A program made the position numbers and the translations under genes. Source: Clostridia bacterium (GTDB lineage: Bacteria; Bacillota; Clostridia; Christensenellales; Borkfalkiaceae). Taken from it: 64,000 bases of DNA. Location: contig JAFTSN010000028.1 of assembly GCA_017467275.1 (NCBI GenBank), positions 45,608-109,607 on the forward strand, in the 5' to 3' direction. The notes below the pieces were generated by a model. It made no database searches, was not told the origin of the DNA, and was given only the letters and a program-made list of their open reading frames with translations. Shown in pieces: positions 44,433 to 53,123 of the stretch (position 1 is its first letter; the number at the start of each line of letters is the position of its first letter).

Positions 44433-45584
44433 ATGAAAATAGGAATCTTCGGCGGGTCGTTCGACCCCGTACATCGCGAACACGTTCGGCTAGCGCAAGC
44501 GGCGATAAAAAGTCTTGCTTTAGACAGGTTGTTTATTATGCCCGCGCACACGCCGCCGCATAAGCAGGGCAAGCTCCTTTCCTCGGATAAGGATCGCTTT
44601 CGCATGTGCGAGCTTGCGTTCGAGGGGATTGAACGGGTCGAGATCTCGGATTACGAGCTCAAAGTGGGCGGGACGAGCTACACCTATCTCACTCTCGCAC
44701 ATTTTAAACAGCTATATCCCGAAGCCGAGCTTTTCTTTCTCGTGGGCACGGATATGCTCCGCGATTTTCCGAGTTGGAGATACCCCGAAAGGATTCTTGA
44801 GACGGCGACGCTCGCGGTCTGCGCGCGCAATGAGGAGCAGGGCTGGCTCGAGACGGAGCAAGCGACGTTTTTAAAACGGTTTTCTCGAAAATTTGCCGTT
44901 ATCGGCTATAACGGCGAGAACGTTTCGTCCACGCGGATTCGCGTTTTGGCGGCGGCGGGCGAGGATATTTCGGCGTTTGTGGAGCGAGAGGTCGCTTCTT
45001 ACGTTCAGGAAAAAGGGCTCTATGAAATCTTCGGCGCGAAAGAAGCGTTGGCGCTTGAAAAGGGGGAGCGAAAAGCCCATAGTATAAGGGTGGCGTTCTA
45101 TGCCGCGGAGCACGCGGGGCGCTTTAAGCTCGACGAAAAAAAAGCGGTCACGGCGGCGCTCTTTCACGACTGTGCCAAAAATCTGCCGCAGGATTCCCCG
45201 CTTTTAAGGGGCTTTTGCCCGCCCGAGGGAGTGCCTGCGCCCGTTTGGCATCAATATGCGGGGGCTTACGTTGCAAAAACGGCGTTCGGCGTTTCAGACG
45301 AGGAAATTCTCGAGGCGATCTCCTTTCACACGAGCGGAAAGCCGAATATGAGCCCCCTTGCAAAGCTCATCTATCTTGCGGACATGCTCGAGGAGGGCAG
45401 GACGTATGGCGAGGCGGTGATCTTGCGCCGCGTGTTCGAGGAGCGGGGCTTGGACGAGGGCTACTTTTTCGCGTTAGAGCGTTCGCTCGCCTATTTAAGA
45501 GAGAAAGGCGGCGAGGTGTATCGGCTGACGGAGGAAGCGGCAGAGTATGAAGAAAAAACAATCAAAAACACAGAGAATAAATAA
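44433..45584 (+). CDS. nadD: Fusion of nicotinate-nucleotide adenylyltransferase NadD and YqeK-type HD phosphohydrolase
   Basis: N-terminus MKIGIFGGSFDPVHREH (HxGH-type). The C-terminal half has the HD motif ALFHDCAK and SFHTSGKPNMS. Confidence 0.85.
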   Translation: MKIGIFGGSFDPVHREHVRLAQAAIKSLALDRLFIMPAHTPPHKQGKLLSSDKDRFRMCELAFEGIERVEISDYELKVGGTSYTYLTLAHFKQLYPEAELFFLVGTDMLRDFPSWRYPERILETATLAVCARNEEQGWLETEQATFLKRFSRKFAVIGYNGENVSSTRIRVLAAAGEDISAFVEREVASYVQEKGLYEIFGAKEALALEKGERKAHSIRVAFYAAEHAGRFKLDEKKAVTAALFHDCAKNLPQDSPLLRGFCPPEGVPAPVWHQYAGAYVAKTAFGVSDEEILEAISFHTSGKPNMSPLAKLIYLADMLEEGRTYGEAVILRRVFEERGLDEGYFFALERSLAYLREKGGEVYRLTEEAAEYEEKTIKNTENK

Positions 45585-45603
45585 TAAAAGAGGAGAAAAC
45601 ATT

Positions 45604-45981
45604 ATGCAGAATGAAAATACGAGAGCATTGACGAGTAAGGAGCTTGCAACGGCGGCGTGTAAGGCGCTTGCGGATAAGCTGGGCAGAGATATTGTGACGA
45701 TCTACGTGCGCGATAAGACGGTTTTGTGCGATTATTTTGTTTTGGCGAGCGGGCGTTCTGCCGCGCAGATCAAGGCGCTCGGCGAGAGTGTGGAGGAGTC
45801 GATTTCCAAAAATTACGGCATCGATCCCACCCGCACGGAGGGGGTGCGCGACGGACGTTGGGGGGTCATCGATTACGGCGACGTGATCGTGCATATTTTT
45901 AACGACGAAACGCGGCTTTTTTATCACCTCGAGCGGCTTTGGGCTGACGGGGAGAATCTTGAAAGATACGTTGAGGAATGA
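45604..45981 (+). CDS. rsfS: Ribosome silencing factor RsfS
   Basis: AGAGGAG RBS. Motifs CDYFVLASGRSAAQIKAL and WGVIDYGDVIVHIF. Confidence 0.9.
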   Translation: MQNENTRALTSKELATAACKALADKLGRDIVTIYVRDKTVLCDYFVLASGRSAAQIKALGESVEESISKNYGIDPTRTEGVRDGRWGVIDYGDVIVHIFNDETRLFYHLERLWADGENLERYVEE

Positions 45982-46025
45982 GCAAAACCCGCTCAAAGGC
46001 GGGGGTAAACGAAAATTAAAATTGA

Positions 46026-46062
46026 AAAATGCGGAAGAGTGCAAACGGCTCTTCCGCATTTT
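46026..46062. terminator. Bidirectional terminator
   Basis: Stem atgcggaagag / ctcttccgcat with an A-run before and TTT after. Confidence 0.65.
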
Positions 46063-46091
46063 GATAGGCTGCGCAAATTCGTTAATCTGCT

Positions 46092-46400
46092 TCAAGGCTC
46101 GTCGCGGGGAGAGAAATTGATTTGACGGGGCTCGGAGTAGTCGCGTTTGGGACGGCGTTTTTTACGCTCTACGATATAGTAGACCGCTTCGGGTTCTTTA
46201 TTCTCTTTTTTCGGGGCGGGCTTGGGCGCGTCCTCTTTTCTTTCCCGCGGGGGATTGAGATTTTTTTGCAGAATCATGACGAAATGTACGCCCACGAACG
46301 AGAGCGCAAACAAAAAAAGGAGTCCCAATAGCCCCCAAACGGGGGAGACGAGCAAAGCGTAAACGGAAAACACGTCAACCTCACAAAAAGCATTTTTCAA
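46092..46400 (-). CDS. Small hypothetical membrane protein with a basic, Pro-rich tail
   Basis: One long hydrophobic stretch, VYALLVSPVWGLLGLLFLFALSFVGVHFVMIL. The TTG start is uncertain. Confidence 0.4.
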   Translation of the reverse strand: MKNAFCEVDVFSVYALLVSPVWGLLGLLFLFALSFVGVHFVMILQKNLNPPRERKEDAPKPAPKKENKEPEAVYYIVERKKRRPKRDYSEPRQINFSPRDEP

Positions 46401-46507
46401 ACGACGCCGCTTTTTTTGGCGCTGTTTATGAAATAATAACTCTTTATCCCTGTCATAAATTGCTTGAATTGGGAATAAAAGGAAAAGTTTTGCCGTATAA
46501 TCGGTGT

Positions 46508-47551
46508 ATGGACAAGATCAACGAACAACAAAATCAAGGTGCGGCTTCTTCCACGGGCGAGGGGATTGTGCTCCCGCCGTCCGAAGCGGAGGAGTATTGT
46601 CTTTTTAAACGGCAAAAGCGAATGGCGGAGGTGGGCGCGGCGTTTGCACGCGCCGAGCTCGAGGGGGCGCGCGGACTCACTTTATCCGAGCTTAAGCGAC
46701 TTTCAGAGAGCGCGAAGCGGGTGGGCGCGGCGGCTGTGCGGACAACGCCGAATTTTATCGGCGTGCTAAAGAGCTTCTTGGCAGGGAGCGCCGTTTTAAT
46801 CGATTGTGCGGTCGGCGGAACGGGAGAGACGACGGCAAAGGTTAAGGCGTATGAAACGAAACAGGCAGTCAAAAGCGGAGCGGGAGAACTCACGCTGACC
46901 GTGTGCGGCTCAAACATAAAAAACGGACGCTACGGCGAGGTCAAAAAGGAGATAAAAAAGGTCGTTAAGGCGGCGAGAAAGGGCTTGGTTAAAAAGCAGA
47001 CGTTTGCAGTCAAGGTCTCGGCGGCGGGGCTTGGCTATGAGGACGTTTTGCGGCTTGCACGGCTCGTTGCGGAATGCGGCGGAAAGTTTTTGAGCGTGCC
47101 CTTTTTTGCGGGCGCGGAGACGCTAAAGCGGGATATGCAGGGGTGCTGTATGCTTGAGGTGACGGGCGTGGAGACAGCCGCCGATTATAAGATTCTCGTC
47201 GGCGCGGGCGTGGAGAGCATTTGCCTTGAAAACGCTGAAAGCGTTTATAACGAGCTCATGCGCGAGGCGCAGGACTGTAATTTTACCGTACCCGTTTTAG
47301 CGCCCTTTATCGGAAATAAGAGCGATGGTTTAGGCAAGACGAATAAAGACTTGAGCGGCGGCAATGAGGCTTCGGGAGAGAGTAAATACGACGGCGTTTC
47401 GCGCTTTGCGCTTGCTTCCGCGCCGTTCGGAATAGCAAAACACGTCGCCGAGCGGCACGGAGCGAAAAAAGAGAGGGAAAAACAGGCGGTAAAAGCAGAG
47501 CAGACGTCGATATTAGACGCGCTCGATTTGCCGGGGAACAAAAAAAATTGA
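46508..47551 (+). CDS. DeoC-like aldolase-fold protein with degenerate active site plus N- and C-terminal extensions
   Basis: By-eye alignment to DeoC blocks gives GAGELTLTV for GADEIDMV, AVKVSAA for LKVILE, and GGKFLSVPFF for GADFVKTSTG. Confidence 0.45.
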   Translation: MDKINEQQNQGAASSTGEGIVLPPSEAEEYCLFKRQKRMAEVGAAFARAELEGARGLTLSELKRLSESAKRVGAAAVRTTPNFIGVLKSFLAGSAVLIDCAVGGTGETTAKVKAYETKQAVKSGAGELTLTVCGSNIKNGRYGEVKKEIKKVVKAARKGLVKKQTFAVKVSAAGLGYEDVLRLARLVAECGGKFLSVPFFAGAETLKRDMQGCCMLEVTGVETAADYKILVGAGVESICLENAESVYNELMREAQDCNFTVPVLAPFIGNKSDGLGKTNKDLSGGNEASGESKYDGVSRFALASAPFGIAKHVAERHGAKKEREKQAVKAEQTSILDALDLPGNKKN

Positions 47552-47560
47552 ACGAAGCGG

Positions 47561-47587
47561 CGGCAGGTGCAGACCTGCCGTTTTTTT
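47561..47587 (+). terminator. Intrinsic terminator
   Basis: Stem cggcaggt, loop gcag, stem acctgccg, followed by T7. Confidence 0.8.
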
Positions 47588-47635
47588 GTGCGGATAAAAA
47601 TAATAGCGGGGAAAGGGCGCGCATATAATAGTCGT

Positions 47636-48337
47636 ATGAAAAAGACTATGATCGTATTTTGTGTGTCGGTGGCTTGCCTGTTTGTGTTTGCCTTTTCTCT
47701 CTGCGTGAACGCCCTCGCGGTTTCCGTGGTCTCACTCGACGCGCCCCTTTGCGTTGTGCTCGACGCGGGGCACGGCGGGATCGACGGCGGGGTGAGCGGC
47801 AAAAGGACGGGGGTTAAGGAAAGTGAGATAAACCTTTCGATCGTCATGAAATTGAAGCCGCTTTTTGAGGACGCGGGATTTGAGGTCGTTTTGACGAGAA
47901 AGACGGACGGCGGCTTATACGGCGCGGCAAGCAAGGGCTTTAAAAAACGGGATATGCAAAAGCGCAAGGAGATCATCGAGGAGGCTTCGCCCGCGCTCGT
48001 TATTTCCGTGCACCAAAATTATTATCCCTCCGCTTTTTTAAGGGGCGGGCAGGTGTTTTTCGATCGGGAAAGCGAGGGAGGTAAGGCGTTTGCATTGTTC
48101 ATGCAAAAGCAGTTCAACGCCCTATATGCCGAGGAGGGCGTGAAAGAGCGGAGCGCGCTTTCGGGGGAATATTTCATATTGCGCTGTGCAAGCGCACCGT
48201 CCGTGATTGCAGAGTGTGGTTTTTTATCGAACGAGACGGACGAGGCGTTGCTCACAAGCGAGCGCTTCCAAGCGAGGATCGCGGAAGCAATTTTTGGCGC
48301 GGCGCTCGAATATCTTTCCGTTTCGGCAGGGGCGTGA
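47636..48337 (+). CDS. cwlD: N-acetylmuramoyl-L-alanine amidase, CwlD-like (germination-specific type)
   Basis: Signal/TM segment, then motifs LDAGHGGIDGG, VISVHQN and ECGFLSNETD. ATG 47636 lies 6 nt after TATAAT. Confidence 0.75.
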   Translation: MKKTMIVFCVSVACLFVFAFSLCVNALAVSVVSLDAPLCVVLDAGHGGIDGGVSGKRTGVKESEINLSIVMKLKPLFEDAGFEVVLTRKTDGGLYGAASKGFKKRDMQKRKEIIEEASPALVISVHQNYYPSAFLRGGQVFFDRESEGGKAFALFMQKQFNALYAEEGVKERSALSGEYFILRCASAPSVIAECGFLSNETDEALLTSERFQARIAEAIFGAALEYLSVSAGA

Positions 48338-48450
48338 ACGCGGACACGGGTAGGGTGTTTTTTTATCGTTGGAGACATGGGTGGGTCGGATAGGCGTCGA
48401 ATGCGGCAGGGAAAAACGCGTGAAAGACGGGGAAAAGTCTTGCAATCCGC

Positions 48451-48479
48451 TTGTAATTTACGCTAAAATGTGCTATAAT
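48451..48479 (+). promoter_or_regulatory. mrnC-rlmB-sigH promoter
   Basis: TTGTAA (48451-48456), a 17-nt spacer and TATAAT (48474-48479). Confidence 0.55.
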
Positions 48480-48518
48480 GGCTATGCGGGTTGCCCTAAA
48501 GGGCAAAAAGGAGCGCGC

Positions 48519-48956
48519 ATGGAGACGTTTTTCGGAAAAATGACCAAAGAGGAGGCGCGGGGCGTTAGTCCCGTCGTTTTGGCGTTTTTGGGAGACGCGG
48601 TGTATTCCGTTTGGGTCAGAGAAAGGCTGATAAAAAACGGAATCGGCAAGCCCTCGGAATTACAGGCAACTGCCGCCAGAATCGTTTCGGCGGGCGGGCA
48701 GAGCGCGCTGATAGAAAAACTTCTCCCCCTTTTGAGCGAGGAGGAGACGGAGGTTTTTAAGCGAGGCAGAAATGCGAAAAAGGCGACGAAAGCGCGAAGT
48801 GCGAGCGTTGCCGAGTATAACCGCTCGACGGGTTTTGAGGCGTTGATCGGCTACTTGTATCTCACGGGGCAGTGCGAGCGTTTGGAGGAGCTATTAAAGG
48901 AGGATGGCGGGGAGAACTATACCGCTGTAAAAAGTCATAAGGAGTTTAAGCCGTAA
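48519..48956 (+). CDS. mrnC: Mini-ribonuclease 3
   Basis: Motif LAFLGDAVYSVWVRE, an AAGGAG RBS, and the conserved mrnC-rlmB-sigH order. Confidence 0.85.
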   Translation: METFFGKMTKEEARGVSPVVLAFLGDAVYSVWVRERLIKNGIGKPSELQATAARIVSAGGQSALIEKLLPLLSEEETEVFKRGRNAKKATKARSASVAEYNRSTGFEALIGYLYLTGQCERLEELLKEDGGENYTAVKSHKEFKP

Positions 48957-49676
48957 ATGAAAACGGAGGGAAGAAACGCCGTCAGAGAGCTTTTGAAGAC
49001 GGGGAAAGAGATTGAAAAAATTCTCATGGAAAAGGGGGCGCAGGGCTCTCTTTCCGTGTTGTTCGCCGAGGCGAGAAAGCGCAACGTGCGCGTGCAGTTC
49101 GTCTCTCGAGAAGTCCTCGATAAGGAGAGCGCGGACAAGCGGCATCAGGGCGTGATCGCGTTTGTCGCGGACTATGAGTACTATGATTTAGAGGACCTTA
49201 TCGCGGAGAAAAAGAGCGAAAAGGGCGGGTTTATCGTGCTTTGCGACGGCATTGAGGACGTGCATAATCTAGGCAGTATCATTCGTGTGGCGGAGTGTGC
49301 GGGCGCGGACGGTGTGGTTATTCCCAAGGTCGGTTCGGCTTCCGTGACGGAGAGCGTCATTCGCATTTCGGCGGGGGCGGCAGAGCATATGAAGGTTGCC
49401 AAGGAGACGAATTTAAACGTCGCGATTGAAAAGCTTCAAAAAGCGGGCTATTGGGTGTATGCGCTCGAGGCGGGCGGCGAGGATATCTATAAAGAGAATT
49501 TCTCGGGGAACGTCGCGCTCGTCGTCGGGGGCGAGGATAGCGGTGTGAAGCGGCTGACAAAGGAAAAGTGCGATAAGGTTTTGTCCTTGCCGCTCATGGG
49601 TAAGGTCAATTCGCTGAATGCGTCTGTCGCGCTCGGAATTGCCGCTTACGAGGTTGTGAGAAACCGTTTGAAATAA
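48957..49676 (+). CDS. rlmB: 23S rRNA (guanosine-2'-O)-methyltransferase RlmB/YacO (SpoU family)
   Basis: SpoU motifs DVHNLGSIIR, LVVGGEDSG and SLNASVA. Confidence 0.85.
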   Translation: MKTEGRNAVRELLKTGKEIEKILMEKGAQGSLSVLFAEARKRNVRVQFVSREVLDKESADKRHQGVIAFVADYEYYDLEDLIAEKKSEKGGFIVLCDGIEDVHNLGSIIRVAECAGADGVVIPKVGSASVTESVIRISAGAAEHMKVAKETNLNVAIEKLQKAGYWVYALEAGGEDIYKENFSGNVALVVGGEDSGVKRLTKEKCDKVLSLPLMGKVNSLNASVALGIAAYEVVRNRLK

Positions 49677-49686
49677 GGAGAATAAG

Positions 49687-50274
49687 GTGTCGGAGCAGGG
49701 CAAAAAAACGGAGAGAGAGGAACGGGAGCTTTTGATTCTCGCGCAGAGCGGGGATAATCGGGCAACCGAGGAGCTTCTCATAAAATACGCGAGCCTCGTA
49801 CGCGGAATTGCACGGCGGTATTTTTTGCCCGGCGGGGAGACGGAGGACCTCATTCAGGAGGGAGTCATCGGACTCTACGGCGCAATCGGGGATTATGACG
49901 CCGAGGGCGAAAACCGCATGAGCTTCCGCAATTTCGCCATGCTGTGCGTGGAGCGAAAGATCATGGACGCCGTCAGGCGTTCCAAGCGCAAAAAGAGCGC
50001 GCCTTTGAACGGTTACGTTTCCTTGATCGGCTCGGAGGGGGAATTGCCTGTCGAGAGCCCCGAGGAGGGGGTTATCCGTCAGGAGAATGCGCGGGAATTT
50101 TTACGCAAAATGAGCAGGGTATTATCCGATTTTGAGTTCCGTGTGATCACCCTGTATATGGACGGCGCGAGCTGTGCGGAGATCTGCGAAATGACGGGCA
50201 AGGACAGCAAGAGCGTCGATAACGCGATTCAACGAAGCCGCAGAAAGCTGCAAAAGGAACTCAAAAACGACTGA
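49687..50274 (+). CDS. sigH: Sporulation sigma factor SigH
   Basis: Motifs DLIQEGVIGLYGAIGDYD, MSFRNFAMLCVERKI and SKSVDNAIQRSRRKL closely parallel B. subtilis SigH. The start is GTG. Confidence 0.85.
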   Translation: MSEQGKKTEREERELLILAQSGDNRATEELLIKYASLVRGIARRYFLPGGETEDLIQEGVIGLYGAIGDYDAEGENRMSFRNFAMLCVERKIMDAVRRSKRKKSAPLNGYVSLIGSEGELPVESPEEGVIRQENAREFLRKMSRVLSDFEFRVITLYMDGASCAEICEMTGKDSKSVDNAIQRSRRKLQKELKND

Positions 50275-50293
50275 AAAACGGGAGGAAAAAGGT

Positions 50294-52072
50294 ATGGCGT
50301 ATTTGGCATTATACCGTATGTTCAGACCCGCGACGCTGAAGGACGTCGTGCGGCAGGAGCATATCGTGACCATACTCAAAAATCAGATAGAAACGGGCAA
50401 GATCGGGCACGCATATCTCTTTTGCGGGCCGCGCGGCACGGGAAAGACGAGCGTTGCGAAGATCTTTGCCGCCGCAATCAACTGCGAGAGTCCGAAAGAG
50501 GGCTCGCCCTGCGGAGAATGCGCCGTCTGCAAGGCATTGAAGGATCCCGCTAATCTCGACATTTCCGAGATCGACGCCGCCTCTAATAACGGCGTAGACG
50601 AAATGCGCGATCTTAGGGAAAAGGTGCAATATCCGCCCGTTGCGGGAAAATACAAGGTGTATATCGTGGACGAGGTGCACATGCTTTCCACGGGGGCGTT
50701 TAACGCGCTTTTAAAGACGCTCGAGGAGCCGCCTGCGCACGCCGTGTTCATTTTGGCTACGACCGAGGCGCAAAAGATTCCCGCGACCATTTTATCCCGC
50801 TGCATGCGGTTCGATTTCAAGCTGATTGCACAGGAGGATCTCGAGGAGCGGTTGCGCTTTGTGTTAAAGACGATCGGAAAGGACTATGAGGAGGAAGCCG
50901 TTGCCGCGATTGCGCGGGCGGGCGCGGGGAGCGTTCGCGATATGCTGTCCGTGGCTGACACCTGTGTTTCCTATTCAAGCGGAAAACTGACGGCAAAGGA
51001 CGTTGCCGCCGTTTTGGGCAGTGCGGATTTTGCGGCGGTCGGGAAACTTTGCGGCGCGCTCTTAAAGGGCGACGTCGGCTGTGCGATTGCCGAAACGGAA
51101 AAGATTCTCGGCGAGGGCAAGAGCGTGGGAACCCTTTTAAAGGACGTCATGAATTATTTGAACGCGGTGACGGTTGCCAAGACCTGTCGGGACGCGGAGC
51201 GGATACTGTCTTTGCCGAAAGAGGTGTTTGCCGCCGTCAAGGAAGAGGCGGAAAAAGCGGACGGACACACCCTTTTGCGCGTGACGGAGATCTTTGCCAA
51301 AGCGGAGAACGATTCCCGCTATGCCGCTTCGCCCAAAATCGTGTTCGAGACCGCCGTTTTAAAGGCGGGATTGCCCGAGGAGGATAGAGACCCTGCGGCG
51401 CTGATGTCGCGCATCGCGATCCTCGAAAGGAAGATCAAAGAGGGGGTTGTCGCGCAGAGTGAGGTTTCCGCGTCGCCCACGCCCGAAAAAGCGGAGAAAA
51501 AGCCTGCACAGCAGTCGATGCAAGAACCGACGGGCGGCTATGATTACGCGGCTTACGACGTCCCGCCTCCCGACGAGGAGGCTACGGGCGGGAACGTATA
51601 TTTTGACGCGGGCTTTGCGCCTGCGGAGGAAAAGCCCGCGCCCAAGCGGGAGAGTGTCGCTGCGGCGGCGGGGGATATCGCCGCGCCCATAGCGTCAAAC
51701 GCGGATAAAGCGGAGGGCGAAGCGCCGACGGTCAAACCGATGCCGAGAGCGGCGGCGGGAGACGCGAAAGTGACGTTCGGGAGCTTTTTGCGCGCTTTGA
51801 GAAAGACGGGCAAAAACGGCGTGCTTTTCACGATCTGTATGGATTTGGAGAATTTTTACGAGGGAGAAACTTTCGTGCTCTCCACAACGAGCGAAACCAT
51901 TTTCCGCTCCTTAAAGCGGGAGGAGCACTATGCGCTTATCACGCAGGCGTTTTCGCTGATCGGCGTGACGGCGTTTGACGTTCGCCTCAAAAATAAGCCC
52001 AAGGACGAGTTCGATAAGAATTTAGCAGAGCTGAAAGAGCGCTTTCCCGACGTGAAAGTGGAAGTAAAATAA
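50294..52072 (+). CDS. dnaX: DNA polymerase III subunits gamma/tau
   Basis: Walker A GPRGTGKTS, Zn module CGECAVCKAL, and DEVHML. Confidence 0.93.
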   Translation: MAYLALYRMFRPATLKDVVRQEHIVTILKNQIETGKIGHAYLFCGPRGTGKTSVAKIFAAAINCESPKEGSPCGECAVCKALKDPANLDISEIDAASNNGVDEMRDLREKVQYPPVAGKYKVYIVDEVHMLSTGAFNALLKTLEEPPAHAVFILATTEAQKIPATILSRCMRFDFKLIAQEDLEERLRFVLKTIGKDYEEEAVAAIARAGAGSVRDMLSVADTCVSYSSGKLTAKDVAAVLGSADFAAVGKLCGALLKGDVGCAIAETEKILGEGKSVGTLLKDVMNYLNAVTVAKTCRDAERILSLPKEVFAAVKEEAEKADGHTLLRVTEIFAKAENDSRYAASPKIVFETAVLKAGLPEEDRDPAALMSRIAILERKIKEGVVAQSEVSASPTPEKAEKKPAQQSMQEPTGGYDYAAYDVPPPDEEATGGNVYFDAGFAPAEEKPAPKRESVAAAAGDIAAPIASNADKAEGEAPTVKPMPRAAAGDAKVTFGSFLRALRKTGKNGVLFTICMDLENFYEGETFVLSTTSETIFRSLKREEHYALITQAFSLIGVTAFDVRLKNKPKDEFDKNLAELKERFPDVKVEVK

Positions 52073-52129
52073 TTTATATATAAGGGCGCTGTTAGCGCCT
52101 TGCAATCAAAGAAACGGAGGAAATTTATC

Positions 52130-52462
52130 ATGGCAGGATTTAAAGGCGGCAACGGAAATATGCAAAATCTGATGCAGCAGGCAAAGAAGATGCAGGAGGA
52201 TATGGAAAAGACGGCGGAAATGCTCGAGGATTGGGAAATCGTCGGCACGGCGGCAGGCGAAGCGGTTGTCGTTTACATGAACGCCAAGAAGATCATCAAC
52301 GGGATCGAGCTCGACGAGAGCATCGTCGACCCCGACGACGTTGAGATGCTCGAGGACCTTATTCTCGCCGCAATCAACGACGGCTATAAGAAAGCCGATA
52401 AAGTCTACGAGGAAAAAATGGGCAAGTTTGGAAACATGGGCCCGCTCGGAGGAATGCTGTAA
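52130..52462 (+). CDS. ybaB: Nucleoid-associated protein YbaB/EbfC
   Basis: Motif MQNLMQQAKKMQEDMEK, the dnaX-ybaB-recR order, and a GGAGGA RBS. Confidence 0.9.
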   Translation: MAGFKGGNGNMQNLMQQAKKMQEDMEKTAEMLEDWEIVGTAAGEAVVVYMNAKKIINGIELDESIVDPDDVEMLEDLILAAINDGYKKADKVYEEKMGKFGNMGPLGGML

Positions 52463-52465
52463 GCC

Positions 52466-53059
52466 ATGGAGATTTTTATCGAGCCGATCGGACGGCTCAT
52501 CAACGAGTTTTCCAAGCTCCCCGGCGTGGGAAAAAAGACGGCGCAACGCTATGCCTATAAAATCGTGGATATGAGCGAGTCGGACGCGCGCGCGTTTGCC
52601 GACGCGATTATCGGCGTGAAGCGCAAGGTCAAATATTGCAAGGTCTGCGGGAATTTCACGGAGAACGAGACCTGCGAAATTTGCCGCGTGCGGGAAAAGA
52701 ACGTCATTTGCGTTGTCAAGGAACCTAAGGACGTTGCGGCGATCGAGAAGCTCCACGAGTTCAAGGGCGTGTATCACGTTTTGCACGGTGTGATCGATCC
52801 CATGGAGGGCGTGGGTCCCAACGATATACGGGTCAAGGAGTTGTTGGCGCGGCTTTCAGACGAAGGGGTTAAGGAAGTGATTGTTGCGACCAATCCCGAC
52901 GTTTCGGGGGACGCAACGGCGATGTATCTTGCACGGCTCATAAAGCCGTTGGGTGTTAAGGTCACGAGACTTGCTCACGGGATTCCCGTCGGCTCCGAGA
53001 TTGAATACACTGACGACGTGACCCTTTCAAGGGCATTTGTGGAACGGAACGAGCTTTAA
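52466..53059 (+). CDS. recR: Recombination protein RecR
   Basis: HhH motif LPGVGKKTAQR, Zn finger CKVCGNFTENETCEIC, and a Toprim domain. Confidence 0.95.
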   Translation: MEIFIEPIGRLINEFSKLPGVGKKTAQRYAYKIVDMSESDARAFADAIIGVKRKVKYCKVCGNFTENETCEICRVREKNVICVVKEPKDVAAIEKLHEFKGVYHVLHGVIDPMEGVGPNDIRVKELLARLSDEGVKEVIVATNPDVSGDATAMYLARLIKPLGVKVTRLAHGIPVGSEIEYTDDVTLSRAFVERNEL

Positions 53060-53123
53060 AGTTGTCTTGGCGGTGCGGAGCGGTTTGAACGGTTCTGAAA
53101 ATTACGAAAAGAGGAAAAAAATT

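Noticed and set aside
50294-52072. Programmed -1 frameshift site in dnaX, as in E. coli
   Set aside because: No A-AAA-AAG-type slippery heptamer with a downstream hairpin is evident. Firmicute dnaX genes generally lack this mechanism.
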